This document shows, piece by piece, positions 31,167-41,758 of a DNA stretch of 64,000 bases. The notes beneath the pieces were generated by a model, which saw only the letters and a list, made by a program, of their open reading frames with translations, did no database searches and was not told where the DNA came from. Source of the stretch: Limnothrix sp. BL-A-16 (GTDB taxonomy: Bacteria; Cyanobacteriota; Cyanobacteriia; CACIAM-69d); contig CP166615.1 in NCBI GenBank assembly GCA_041937175.2, positions 2,496,001 to 2,560,000 on the forward strand, given 5' to 3'. Within the stretch, counting starts at the first letter, position 1. Each line of letters begins with the position of its first letter. The translations under genes and the position numbers were made by a program.

Positions 31167-31605
31167 GGCTTTAGCTCTTACAAAACGAATCGGGATATTC
31201 TGATTTTCAAGCTAATTTCGCCACCGATTCCGCGCCGATCGCGTGGGGGAAACCGATCGCTCAGTCCTCATGAATTCCTGTTAGTTCAGAGGACTCGTTC
31301 AACAAATTCGTTCAACGGACAGACCTAGGGCCGATCGCCCCTGGATCTGGTTCAAAAGCCGCGAGCAATTCATCTGGGTTCTGTGCCAAAGCCCGCTGTC
31401 ATGGGCCGCAGCCGGATCCAAGCCAATGGGCTGCTGATGGTTTTTGGGCTAAATCAACAACAACCCCAGGTCTTGGAGCCTGCATAAAAATTTCTAAGCA
31501 AGGCGATGTTAATGCAGTTGATGTTGGGTTTAGGGCTTGAGTAATTGCGCCCTAGCGGCTTGCTCTGTGTTGCTGAATTCTTGAAACTTTGGTCGAGAAT
31601 GCCCC

Positions 31606-32547
31606 ATGATCCTTCCCTCTCCGATGTTGTCTCAGGATCGGAAAACGGCTTGGCCCGACGGAACCCTAATTCACGATCGCTACAGCATCCTGCGGGGGCT
31701 GAATGCCGCCGCCACGCGATTGCCCCAAGTTGGTCAGGTGCAGGTGTTTGAGGTGGTGGACTTGGAAGACGACGATCGGCCCAAGGTTCTGAAACTGTTG
31801 ATTCGTCAACAATCAACCCGGCTCGATCGGCTTTACCGCGAAGCGGAAGTGCTGATGCGTGGCCCCCAGCATCCCCAAATCCCCAAGGCGGCCGTGGATG
31901 GCTTCTTTTGCTGGCGACCGATCGACAGCCGCTGGCCCTTTCAGGGGTTGGTGATGGAGGCGATCGCGGGGGAATCCCTAGAGGCTTATCTCGATCGACA
32001 GGGGGCGATCGACCCCATGGAAGCGATTCGCTGGTGGGTTCAACTCAGCAGCCTGCTCCACAACCTTCACCAAGCTGGCTGGGTCCATGGGGATGTGAAG
32101 CCCGCCAATCTGATTCGGCGGCCCCAGGGGGATTTGGCCCTGGTGGATTTTGATGCGGCCATGGCGGTGGGCGATCGGGCGGCCGCCGCCTGTGGCTCTG
32201 CGGGCTACATTGCCCCAGAGCAGCGACAACAGGAGCCAGTGGGCCCCGCCAGCGATTGGTTTAGCCTGGGCCGCACGATCGTGCATTGGCTCACGGGGCA
32301 GCATCCCTTAGATTTGATGGCCCAAAGTGTTGACTCTGACTTTGACTGGCGCTGGGCCGTGCCGGGGTTGCCGAACTCGATCGCCGATGCGATCGATATC
32401 CTGATGGCTCCTAACCCGAGCGATCGCCGAATCATGCCAGCGGGAACCACCGCCACTTCCTTGCTTCCCCTGGCGCAGCGCCTGGCGCGGCCGCCCGTTG
32501 TTGCCACGCCCCCTAGGCAGTTCCCGGAATTCCCGAGGGCTGCCTAG
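31606..32547 (+). CDS. Soluble Hanks-type Ser/Thr kinase (atypical motifs)
   Basis: KVLK, HGDVKPAN, DFD, GYIAPE, SDWFSLG. Confidence 0.88.
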   Translation: MILPSPMLSQDRKTAWPDGTLIHDRYSILRGLNAAATRLPQVGQVQVFEVVDLEDDDRPKVLKLLIRQQSTRLDRLYREAEVLMRGPQHPQIPKAAVDGFFCWRPIDSRWPFQGLVMEAIAGESLEAYLDRQGAIDPMEAIRWWVQLSSLLHNLHQAGWVHGDVKPANLIRRPQGDLALVDFDAAMAVGDRAAAACGSAGYIAPEQRQQEPVGPASDWFSLGRTIVHWLTGQHPLDLMAQSVDSDFDWRWAVPGLPNSIADAIDILMAPNPSDRRIMPAGTTATSLLPLAQRLARPPVVATPPRQFPEFPRAA

Positions 32548-32722
32548 GGAATCCCTGGGAATCCCAGCAACCTAGGAATTTCTAGGGGTTTCTAGGGATT
32601 TTCTAGTGTTCCTCCACACCACAATCTCTCTGTTCAATTCGGCAGTGGACTGTGCTCCACGAGCCGGATTTTTTTGTGGCCAATCTTGATGGCCAATCAG
32701 CGCGGCAAATTAGCGCGGCAAA

Positions 32723-33709
32723 TTAGCGCAGTACTGGGGGCGATCGCTCTGGTACGGAATGCCAAGGGCGCGGGACTCCATACAACGCCACCGTTCCCTG
32801 GCCGTTCCAGCGCTCCCCATTCGGCAGGGTAGCCCGCCGAAAATCCGCTTGCTCCAATTGAGCATCGTGCAAAACGGCCCGGGTGAGATTGCTGGCAAAC
32901 AGGATGGCTTGGGTCAAATCTGCCCGACTCAGATCCGCATCCATTAGCGCGGCCCGACTTAAATCGGTGCGGATCAGATTGGCTCGACGGAGGTTAGCCC
33001 GACTCAGATCCACTTCTGACAAATCAAAATGGCTCAGATCGGCGGTGGCCAAGTTACTTTGGGGCGCAATTAACCACAGACCGGCCCCGATCGGGTCAAA
33101 GTCTTGGGGCCAGCAGGTGGCCCCGTCCATCAATGCCCCCTGAAAACTAGCCCCTTGGAGTTGGGCTTGGCTCAGGTCAGTTCCGCGCAAATCTGCCCGA
33201 TCGAGATAAGCCTCCTGCAACTGGGCTTGGGCTAAATTCCAACCCCGCAAGTCCGCTTGGCTGAGGTTGCTGGCCGCCGCTTTCAGTTGGGAACCAAGGA
33301 CGATCGCCCCCTGTTGCAACCAGTCGATCGCCCCTTGGGTGCGGGCATCCACGCGAGCCTGTCGCCAGTCCACCCCATCCACCCAAGTCCACCGCAAATC
33401 CGCCCCACAGAGATCCGCTCCGTTTAAGCTGGCTCCCCGCAGATCTGCCCCCCGTAAATCGGCTTCGCGCAAATCCGCCCGCCGTAGGTAAGTGCCCCGT
33501 AAATCGGCTTCGCGCAGATCCGCCCGCCGCAGGTTCACCCCCGACAAATAAGCCGAAGACCAATTGACCGACCGAGCCACAACCTCACGAAAGCGGGCCC
33601 CGGAAAAATCCGCCCCGCTTAGGCGTAGTTCCGACAAATTGGCTCGATCAAAATTCCACTTTCCCTGGTGATATTGCTCAATCCACTCAGCCGCCTGACT
33701 CTGTTTCAT
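32723..33709 (-). CDS. Pentapeptide repeat protein
   Basis: Multiple A(D/N)Lxx runs (ADLRE, ADLRG, ANLIR). Confidence 0.92.
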   Translation of the reverse strand: MKQSQAAEWIEQYHQGKWNFDRANLSELRLSGADFSGARFREVVARSVNWSSAYLSGVNLRRADLREADLRGTYLRRADLREADLRGADLRGASLNGADLCGADLRWTWVDGVDWRQARVDARTQGAIDWLQQGAIVLGSQLKAAASNLSQADLRGWNLAQAQLQEAYLDRADLRGTDLSQAQLQGASFQGALMDGATCWPQDFDPIGAGLWLIAPQSNLATADLSHFDLSEVDLSRANLRRANLIRTDLSRAALMDADLSRADLTQAILFASNLTRAVLHDAQLEQADFRRATLPNGERWNGQGTVALYGVPRPWHSVPERSPPVLR

Positions 33710-34379
33710 GGAGATCACCGATCGCGCCGTTGGCTACCAACTGTTGATAGTCTTCGGCCGTTAGTCCTTCGTTATTACCCAAGACCGCACCCGTGACGAT
33801 CGCCCGATGAAAATTCACCCGGCTTAAGTTGGCTCCACTCAGGTTAGCCCCACTCAGGTTAGCCCCACTCAGGTTGGCCAGGGCCAAGCTGGCCTTGTGC
33901 AAATCTGCTTTGGTCAAATTGACATCACTCAAGAGGGCCCCGGACAAATCTGCCCCGGCCAAGCGTGCTTCCGCTAAGTTTGCCCCGCTCAAGTCTGCAT
34001 CACAAAGTTGGGAACCGCGTAGATTCACCCGTTGCAGATTGGCCCCGCTCAGATCACACCCCTCCAGTCGCACCCCCAAAAGTTGTCTGCCGGTTAAGTC
34101 TTGTTGGGGATTCAGTCGGGCGAGGGTCAACAGATCAAGGAAGCTGGCTTGCGGATTGGCCCAAATGGCTGCGATCGCCCCGGCCCAGGGCCCGTCAATG
34201 GCTCCGCCCGATCGCGCCAGGAGGCAATCCAACACGGCTCGCTGTTCCGGCGACAGGGGGTGACGCTCCGCCAGGTTCAACGCTTGGGTAATTTGTTCGA
34301 TCGCCGCATCCAAATCCACGCGCGATCGATCCGCACCCGCCTGTTCCGCAGGGGCCCCTGCATCCTGAAAAACCGTCAC
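33687..34379 (-). CDS. Pentapeptide repeat protein
   Basis: ANLSG repeats; AAGGAG RBS before GTG; overlaps the next gene. Confidence 0.9.
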   Translation of the reverse strand: MTVFQDAGAPAEQAGADRSRVDLDAAIEQITQALNLAERHPLSPEQRAVLDCLLARSGGAIDGPWAGAIAAIWANPQASFLDLLTLARLNPQQDLTGRQLLGVRLEGCDLSGANLQRVNLRGSQLCDADLSGANLAEARLAGADLSGALLSDVNLTKADLHKASLALANLSGANLSGANLSGANLSRVNFHRAIVTGAVLGNNEGLTAEDYQQLVANGAIGDLHETESGG

Positions 34380-34527
34380 AATTCAATCTCCTTCAATTGC
34401 CGTTTGCACAACGGCTGCTGCACATGATCACTACCCGTTTTTAGGGTAACCCGAAGGGAACCGGCGGCCGGCTGAATGCAAAGAGAGTTCAACATTCTCA
34501 CGATCCACATCAGGGCGAAGCCAGGGT

Positions 34528-35832
34528 TCAGGTGGGTAACCAGGTTTGCACCACGCGCCCCGCAATTTTGTGACCCAGCCATGGGGTGTTCTGGGCCAGG
34601 GACTGCAATTGGGCCGGCTCCACTGTCCAGGTGGCGGCGGGATCAAACCGAATCAGGGGCTGGGCCTGACCAGGGCCGATCGGTTGGGGCATTTGGCCCA
34701 ACAACTCGGCGGGCCGCTGACTGAGCGATCGCCACAGTTCCAGCGCCGTCAATTCCCCAGTCATCACCAACCCTGACCAGAGCAAGGGCAAGGCCAACTC
34801 CAGCCCGATCGCCCCTTTGGGTGCTTCGGCAAAGGCGACGGTTTTTTCTTCGTAGGTGTAGGGGGCATGATCCACAGCGATCGCGTCGATCGTCCCGGCT
34901 TTGAGGGCGGCGATCAGGGCCTGGCGATCGGCAGGATTACCCAAGGGCGCAGACAGGTGCAGGCTGGGATCGTAGGGCGAAGGGGGGCGATCGCTGCCGG
35001 GCAGAGGTCGCCGTCCGTCAATGTGGCTGGTGTCGCAGAGCAATTGCAACCAAGACAGGCTGGCCGTGAGGGGCAACCCATCGGCCTTGCCTTGGGCCAC
35101 GAGGGCCGCAGCTCGACCGGTGGCCAAGCGCATCACATGCAGGCGGGCGGGGCGATCGCGCAGCAATTCCAAGAGGGTGGCGAGGGCGCTGCTTTCGGCC
35201 ACCGCCGACACCCCCACCAACCCCAGCCGCAACGCCTCAACGCCTTCCAGAACGGGGCCGCGACTGGCGGAGGTACTCTGACCCATCACCATCAACGGTA
35301 ACCCCAAGGGCCCCGCATAGTCCAGCAGCCGTTCCATCAAGACCCAATCCCGGATCGATCGCCCGTCGGTGAAGCCCACAATGCCCGCAGTGGCTAACTC
35401 TGCCAACTCGCTCATCTGTTCCCCCTGGGCCCCTTGGGTCAAGGCTCCCCACAGGTGCAGATGGGGGCTTGGCTCCGGCAAGGCTGCCCAGCGATCGCGC
35501 AGGTTTTGCACCAGGGCGGGCTGATCCATGGCCGGTTGCGTGTTGGGCAGCAGGGCCAGGGTGGTGAACCCGCCGGCCAGGGCGGCGGCGGCCAAGCTAG
35601 CGAGGGTTTCTCGGGACTCATGGCCCGGTTCGCCCGATCGGGAATAGCAATCCACCAGGCCCGGGGCCAAAATTTGCCCCGCCGCCTCAATCACTTGGGT
35701 TCCCTCGGGCAGGGCCCGGGGATCCGGGTCGATCGCCCGCACTTGCCCCTGATCCAGCAAGACCGTGGCCGGTCGATCAACCTGGGCCACCGGGTCAATC
35801 AGGCGAATTTCCCGTAGCAGTTCGATCGTCAT
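34528..35832 (-). CDS. pyrC: Dihydroorotase-like protein, probably inactive PyrC' type
   Basis: PGLVD..GEPG, AALAGGFTT..LPNT, DHAP, FAEAPKGAIGLE; HxH replaced by YSR. Confidence 0.85.
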   Translation of the reverse strand: MTIELLREIRLIDPVAQVDRPATVLLDQGQVRAIDPDPRALPEGTQVIEAAGQILAPGLVDCYSRSGEPGHESRETLASLAAAALAGGFTTLALLPNTQPAMDQPALVQNLRDRWAALPEPSPHLHLWGALTQGAQGEQMSELAELATAGIVGFTDGRSIRDWVLMERLLDYAGPLGLPLMVMGQSTSASRGPVLEGVEALRLGLVGVSAVAESSALATLLELLRDRPARLHVMRLATGRAAALVAQGKADGLPLTASLSWLQLLCDTSHIDGRRPLPGSDRPPSPYDPSLHLSAPLGNPADRQALIAALKAGTIDAIAVDHAPYTYEEKTVAFAEAPKGAIGLELALPLLWSGLVMTGELTALELWRSLSQRPAELLGQMPQPIGPGQAQPLIRFDPAATWTVEPAQLQSLAQNTPWLGHKIAGRVVQTWLPT

Positions 35833-37191
35833 CTACAGCGCCCCAGCGGCCGTTTTGTCCAAAATCGTGCCCGATAGGTGATGGGTAATGTTCATCGCCT
35901 GCAACACCGGCAAACTATCGGGCCCGTCGGGATAGCAAATTGCCGTTACCCCGCCGTTCCCTTGCTTAAAGCGCCAAATGCTTTCGGGGCCAAGGCCCGT
36001 GAGCTGGCAGAGCAGGGCTTTATTCACGGCATCATGGGCCACTACCAACCCGGTCAAGGGGCGATCGGCCGGCGTTGCCACTTCACCCGCCTGAGCCAAC
36101 ACGGCCGCCCAGGCCTGTTCAGCGCGATCGAACACCTGTTGCAGGTTCTCACCCTCCGGCATTTGCACCGTTTCCGGGTGCGTTTGCCATTGTTTCAGCA
36201 AGCCCGGATATTCCGCCTCAATTTCCGATTCGTACTTGCCCTCCCACAGACCATGGCCAATCTCCTTGAGGGTATCCAGCAAGCCCAATTCCAGCCCTGG
36301 ATGATGCGCCAAAATAGCCTCTGCGGTCGCTTTGGGGCGAGCCATGGGGCTGCTGAAGGCAAAGTCGATCGCCACATCCTTCAGGAAGTTGCCCGCTTTG
36401 GCCGCTTGACCATGACCCGTTTCATTCAGGGGCACATCAATTTGTCCCTGAAACCGCCCCTGACGGTTCCACTCCGTTTCCCCGTGGCGCACCAACAGCA
36501 ACTGCGGCCCCCGATCGTCCCCACCGGGCTTGGGCACGGCTGAGCCACCCAAGGATCCCAAGTGCGCCGTCAGGTTCATTGACTCCAGTTGCACCGCATC
36601 CCCCAAACCACCGGCAAAGTTCAGCACACTGATCCCACAGTTCGATTGCAGCAGGCAGTGGTAGCGATCGGGGCCGATTCCCAACGCCGTACTCAGCAAG
36701 CAGCGGTTAATGCCGTTATGGCCCACCAAAGCCACCGTCTGCCCCTGATGGCGGCTCAAAATCTCTTCCCAAAAGGCCTTGGCCTGATCTCGCAAGGACA
36801 GCACCGGAAAATGCGTCCCACTGGCCAAAGCCATGCTGAATTCGTGGGGCTGGTGTTTCCATTGGTCATAGGCTTCAGGAAACTGAGCCTTCACGTCACT
36901 GACGGCCATCCCTTCCCAAAGGGGCAAATCCACCTCCCGCAACCGTTCGTTGGTGGTCAGGGGCGGCGAAGGCTGCAATTGCTGACAGATGGTTTCGGCC
37001 GTTTGGCGCGCACGCTGGAGGGGGCTGCAATAGAAGGCATCGATCGCCAAACCTTGCAGGGCGATCGCCACTTGGGTGGCCTGGTTACGCCCCAGGTCAG
37101 TCAGCACCGACTGATCGCAGCGCCCTTGAATGATCCGGCGGGTGTTGAAGTTACTTTGTCCGTGGCGGATGAGGATAACGCGCGTAGCCAA
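35833..37191 (-). CDS. Two-domain histidine phosphatase (phosphoglycerate mutase family)
   Basis: Two RHG motifs (LIRHGQS, LVRHGET); AGGAGA RBS before TTG. Confidence 0.9.
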   Translation of the reverse strand: MATRVILIRHGQSNFNTRRIIQGRCDQSVLTDLGRNQATQVAIALQGLAIDAFYCSPLQRARQTAETICQQLQPSPPLTTNERLREVDLPLWEGMAVSDVKAQFPEAYDQWKHQPHEFSMALASGTHFPVLSLRDQAKAFWEEILSRHQGQTVALVGHNGINRCLLSTALGIGPDRYHCLLQSNCGISVLNFAGGLGDAVQLESMNLTAHLGSLGGSAVPKPGGDDRGPQLLLVRHGETEWNRQGRFQGQIDVPLNETGHGQAAKAGNFLKDVAIDFAFSSPMARPKATAEAILAHHPGLELGLLDTLKEIGHGLWEGKYESEIEAEYPGLLKQWQTHPETVQMPEGENLQQVFDRAEQAWAAVLAQAGEVATPADRPLTGLVVAHDAVNKALLCQLTGLGPESIWRFKQGNGGVTAICYPDGPDSLPVLQAMNITHHLSGTILDKTAAGAL

Positions 37192-37539
37192 GGGCCTGTC
37201 TCCTAAAGTGGGGGTCAAGGGGAAGCGGGGCAACAGGACATTGCCGGGCTGAGATATTGCCAGACCGAGGTGAGGCGGTTTTGCGATCGAGCAGGGCCTG
37301 GCGGCAGGGATTGGTTGCGGGCCCAGGGCAGACAACCGGCGCTCAGCCAGGATGCATTCTACCGCTCTGGGGCGAATCAACAGTTCTTCTGATCGGATCT
37401 TCTGGTCGGAGATCTTCATGGAAAAACAACCGCCCCCCAAGGAAGCGGTTGAAACCAAAGCACAACAGGGGCCGATCGAGCCAGAAGCCGCTACGCCACC
37501 GGGTCAAACCCGATCGGGCAGCAACCTCCTACGGTGGGC

Positions 37540-38337
37540 CTATTGCGCCAGCACATCCGGCGCGGTGGTTTCGCCAAAGCCCGATCGCCGCTGATTGGGT
37601 GGGTTTGGGCTGGCGCTGGGTGTGGGTTGCTGGGTCGGTTGGGCCGCAGGCGGATTGGTGGCCTCAGAAGTGGGAGTCGATCGGCTCTGGGGCGTGGGGG
37701 TAGGGGTTTGGGCCGGTACGGTGCGCGGAGCGGGGGTCACCGGCTCAGGCGATCGCGGCTCGGTCGCCTGGTTCAAGGCCGTGCGCACGGCTTCGATCGG
37801 CTGGGCTTCCTTGAGCCGGCCCCCTTCCCACAGCCCCGCCAACTGTTGCCCATTGGCATAGCTATAGATGCCGCGGCCATGGAAAGCGTTGTTACGAAAT
37901 TCTCCCTCGTAGCGATCGCCATTGGCGGTGCGGTAATTGCCGCGGCCGTTAAACTGACCCGCCATGAAGTCGCCTTCATAGCGATCGCCCGCAGGCGACA
38001 CATAAAGCCCCCGCCCTTGCAGCTTGCCGTTCACCACCTGTCCTTCATAAACTCCACCCGCCGCATAGGCATAGCGGCCGCGGCCCGTGCGCTGACCTGC
38101 CACAAAGTCTCCCTCGTAGCGATCGCCGTTGGCCGCCAAGCAGTTGCCCGGGCCCGTGAAGATGGCGGCCTTGGCTAATTCTTCACAGGACGCAGCGGCG
38201 GAACTGGTGGATAGGCGAATTTCTTCCGATCGCGCCGCTGGACTAATCCCGATCGTGCCAATGCAGGCACTCAGAACCATCGGAAACACAACACCCCGAC
38301 CCCATGGCCAAGGCAAACAAGTTGAGTTGGATCGCAT
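37540..38337 (-). CDS. MORN-repeat exported protein with Pro/Thr-rich tail; start uncertain
   Basis: Repeated GDRYEGDF..G..GRG.Y motifs. Confidence 0.88.
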   Translation of the reverse strand: MRSNSTCLPWPWGRGVVFPMVLSACIGTIGISPAARSEEIRLSTSSAAASCEELAKAAIFTGPGNCLAANGDRYEGDFVAGQRTGRGRYAYAAGGVYEGQVVNGKLQGRGLYVSPAGDRYEGDFMAGQFNGRGNYRTANGDRYEGEFRNNAFHGRGIYSYANGQQLAGLWEGGRLKEAQPIEAVRTALNQATEPRSPEPVTPAPRTVPAQTPTPTPQSRSTPTSEATNPPAAQPTQQPTPSASPNPPNQRRSGFGETTAPDVLAQ

Positions 38338-38700
38338 AAGGTCTGGATAAGTAGCTATTGCAATCGTTCTGAGCAACCGCCCCGAGGGAGCGTGGCGAGC
38401 GACGTAGCTAAGTCTTTTGTAACTGGCTGATCGCAATCCTGACGAATTTTCTATTAAATCGTTATCTTAAATCGGGTTGGACTGTTTTGTCTGTATTCAA
38501 ACAATCACCTTAATCAATTTGCTTGTGAGCATCAATTCATTTGAAAATATTTCACCCTCTTTTTTCACTCTAGCTTTTGAATGATTCCAGTTTCATGAAC
38601 ATCACCATGAGCATTACAAAAACCAGGAGTCCCCCCCTAATAGGGATGTCTGAAAAGCCAAAACTGCTACCTTGCGGGTTACACCGATTAACTAAGATAG

Positions 38701-38786
38701 GGGGCTTAGGACTTGTCGTCAAATCACCTGAAACCCTGATTTCACCGTTGGCGGATCGTGGGGGGCAAGGGGCTTAAGCCCCTTGT
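38701..38786 (+). mobile_element. Partial MITE-like copy D (left arm plus central palindrome)
   Basis: GGGGCTTA|GGACTTGTCGTCAAATCACCTGAAACCCTGATTTCACCGTT...CAAGGGGCTTAAGCCCCTTG. Confidence 0.7.
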
Positions 38787-39382
38787 CTAGGTTGGTTAAT
38801 GATGATGAAGCGATTACAAACTCCCAAAGCAGTCAGGCCTTAAACCGTTCAAGGCCAATTGCAGATCAAGAACAGATCAAAAAACAAAATCGACAGAAAA
38901 TCAGTCGAAAAACCCTTCAAAATCGATCCAAGACTCCCATCAGGGGCGAGGAAGATTGGCTTGAAACCTTGATTAGTTCCCTCAGCTTTGCTCATAGACA
39001 TAGGGCATAACCGATGGAATAGCTGATGGATTAGCTGGGAGAATGGGCGGGAATAATGACTAGGGACAGGGTTGTGGCGATGCATTAGCGCAGATCCCGC
39101 TTTTTGGGGGCATCGTTAGTTTGGGGACAATGGCTGCGGATGGCTTCCCTCCTGCGATCGCCCTTGGGGTCTGAAATGCTAAAAATGCCGCCCAATTAGT
39201 CCCGAGCAGGGTACATCAGCACCGATCGAAGTAAGCAGTATGTGCGCTGGTTGATTGACCACCCCAGGGTCTGGCCCAGGCCGGGTCGGGTGATCATCCC
39301 CAGTCCGCAACACTTGAGGCGATTTCCTTGGGATCTGCGCCGTGGCTCATCCTTGCAGCCTGGGTCTGCCCACAGCCGTGTT

Positions 39383-41131
39383 ATGCAATTCAGTATCGTC
39401 ATTGCTACCTATAACCGCCGTCGGCTGCTTGATCGGGCGATCGCCTCCGCCTTGGGGCAAAGCTATCCCTGTGAAGTGGTGGTGGTGGACGATTGTTCCC
39501 GGGACGATACCCCCGAATGGGTAGCTCAGTTGCAACTCAGCCTCCCGATCGAACGACGCGCCCAACTGGTCTATTGGCGCAACAGCATCAATCAGGGGCA
39601 TTCAGCCAGCGTGAACCGAGGTGTGGAGCTGGCCAAGGGCGACTGGGTGAAATTGCTTGATGATGATGATTATCTTGATCCAAATTGCATTGCTGAATTT
39701 GTGCGGGCAATTCGCATTCACGATCAACGCTGTGGCGAAGGCTTGCGCCCGCCCGCGGCCCTGTGCTCCTGCCAGGCCTTGCAGGTGGACTTACAGGGCC
39801 ATGAAATGGGGCACACCCCTCGCACGGGGCCAGGTTTAGCCTATTTCATTCCCCAAGAGGATATTCACTACGGCATGTTGGTGGAGATGGTGCCGTTTGG
39901 TACGCCCGTGCAAGTGGCCTTTCGTCGATCGGCCTTTTTGCAGGCCCGGGGCTGGGACTCTCAGTTTGATACCAATTTTGATGATATTGATGCTTGGATT
40001 CGCATTGCCGAGTATGGCGATGCCATTTTTTTAAATCAGTGCTTGGCCTATCGCACCGTTTGGGACGGAGCCTATAACCGGCAATTTTCGTTCGATCGCC
40101 GTTTTGACACCAACTGGTCTATTAAACAAAAAATTCACGGGCTGGTAAACGAACGGTTCCAACAGCAATTGCCCGAAAGCCGCGCCGTTCAGTCCTATCT
40201 GCGTCTGCATTGGGGATTGGTCGCCCTGAAGCATTACCAATGGTTCAAGGCCTTCTCGATCGCGGCCCCCAGTTTGCTATCGGCTCGGGGATGGGGCTTG
40301 ATGTTGCGCACTCGACTCAACCGCATTTTCCACGCCCTCACCTGGACATACCGCGACACCCAACGCTATCTGAAGCGCCGCCTTCAGGCCTGGATTCGGG
40401 CCCAGTCCCCCCAATCACTGCTGCGGGGTGGGTGGTTCAAACTGCGCTGGCAACAGATGCGCTTTCGGTTGCAGTTAGCGCGGCAACTGTGGCAACAGGG
40501 GTTCCCCCTGGCGGCTTTGTTTGTGGTGAAAACGGTGGTGATGCGTTGGGCGATCGCCCTGTGGCTCGATCCTTTGGTGCGCTGGGCCCAACGATCGCCC
40601 CGGCGGCGGGCTTGGCTGCTGCGTCGTGCGGCCCGACTGTGGCGTTGGCTCGATCGGGACTTAAATTTTCTGAACCATTTAGACCATGCCCAGCGCCGAA
40701 GCAGTCCCCATCACTCCAGCGCTTCCCGTCATTCCAATCGCCCTTACCTCCTCAGCGATCGGATCAGGAATCACCTCGATCGCCTGAGTCGCCTGAATCG
40801 CCTGAGCTATTTACCTCCCAGCAATCCTTTGTTCGCTTTGCCCGCTGCCCCAGTCTCCAGCCCAGCGCAACCGCTCCCGCCCAAACCACCCATGACCCCA
40901 AGGTTGCGCCAATGGATCGATCGACTGCGATTCGTGCAAGCTCGCCAATTGTGGCATCAGGGGCGCTGGCTGAAATCTTTGGCGCTGTCGATGCCGCTGC
41001 TGTTGTCCCCTGCCATTTGGAGGCTGATGTGGCAACGGGGCGGGCGGGCAATGCGCCGGCCGAAGGTTCGGCGGTTTGTGCTGCTGGATTTGCCAGCGAC
41101 TCCGGGCGATCGATCCCATCCTCACCCCTGA
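39383..41131 (+). CDS. GT2 glycosyltransferase with long Arg/Trp-rich C-terminal extension
   Basis: FSIVIATYNR, VVVDDCS, LLDDDD. Confidence 0.88.
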   Translation: MQFSIVIATYNRRRLLDRAIASALGQSYPCEVVVVDDCSRDDTPEWVAQLQLSLPIERRAQLVYWRNSINQGHSASVNRGVELAKGDWVKLLDDDDYLDPNCIAEFVRAIRIHDQRCGEGLRPPAALCSCQALQVDLQGHEMGHTPRTGPGLAYFIPQEDIHYGMLVEMVPFGTPVQVAFRRSAFLQARGWDSQFDTNFDDIDAWIRIAEYGDAIFLNQCLAYRTVWDGAYNRQFSFDRRFDTNWSIKQKIHGLVNERFQQQLPESRAVQSYLRLHWGLVALKHYQWFKAFSIAAPSLLSARGWGLMLRTRLNRIFHALTWTYRDTQRYLKRRLQAWIRAQSPQSLLRGGWFKLRWQQMRFRLQLARQLWQQGFPLAALFVVKTVVMRWAIALWLDPLVRWAQRSPRRRAWLLRRAARLWRWLDRDLNFLNHLDHAQRRSSPHHSSASRHSNRPYLLSDRIRNHLDRLSRLNRLSYLPPSNPLFALPAAPVSSPAQPLPPKPPMTPRLRQWIDRLRFVQARQLWHQGRWLKSLALSMPLLLSPAIWRLMWQRGGRAMRRPKVRRFVLLDLPATPGDRSHPHP

Positions 41132-41385
41132 ATCAGGATCCGATCGGGGTGAAAGTAAGAGCGAACCGGAGTGAAACCGGGATGAGATCGAGATTAATCG
41201 CTCCGAAATGGGAATCGATTCTTTGGCTCCCAACCGATTAGGGACGCGGCTGTGTTGATCGCTGCCAGTGATAGCATGAGCAGGGGCCAGGGCCGGAGAA
41301 CGATCGAGTGCGATCGCCCGTCCAAACCCAATGTTTCTGAACCTATCGTGATTTTGACTGCGCGCAGACCGCGCGACTAACACCT

Positions 41386-41730
41386 ATGTCGCAAAACAAA
41401 GGATTTGGCTTCGGCTTGGGCAAAATGAAGGAAATTGCCCAAGCGATCCAAAAAGCCCAGCAAGTGCAAGAAGATGCTAAAAAGCTGCAAGAAGAGCTGG
41501 AAAAAACCGAAATTGAAGGTCAAGCGGGCAACGGCTTGGTGAAGGTGGTGATGAGCGGCAACCAAGAACCCCTCCGCGTAGAAATTTCCGCAGAAGCCTT
41601 GGGCGAAGGGGCTGAAGTTTTGTCGGATCTGGTTTTTGCGGCCATGAAAAACGCCTACACCGCTTCCACAGAAACCATGCGGCAACGAATGGAAGCCCTG
41701 ACCGCTAATCTTCAGCTACCGGGCATGTAG
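41386..41730 (+). CDS. YbaB/EbfC nucleoid-associated protein
   Basis: [35 protein letters not shown]. Confidence 0.93.
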   Translation: MSQNKGFGFGLGKMKEIAQAIQKAQQVQEDAKKLQEELEKTEIEGQAGNGLVKVVMSGNQEPLRVEISAEALGEGAEVLSDLVFAAMKNAYTASTETMRQRMEALTANLQLPGM

Positions 41731-41758
41731 TCCCCGTGAATCGACCGATCGATCCCGA

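Noticed and set aside
31050..31605. PatS/PatX-like RGSGR peptide or other small ORF beside the STAND gene
   Set aside because: No RGSGR-coding stretch seen; the 28-aa ORF at about 31401 has no supporting features
37192..37594. Extension of the phosphatase ORF, and plus-strand ORF 37352-37594
   Set aside because: The RBS and RHG motif place the start at 37191; the plus-strand ORF is low-complexity and overlaps the MORN gene end
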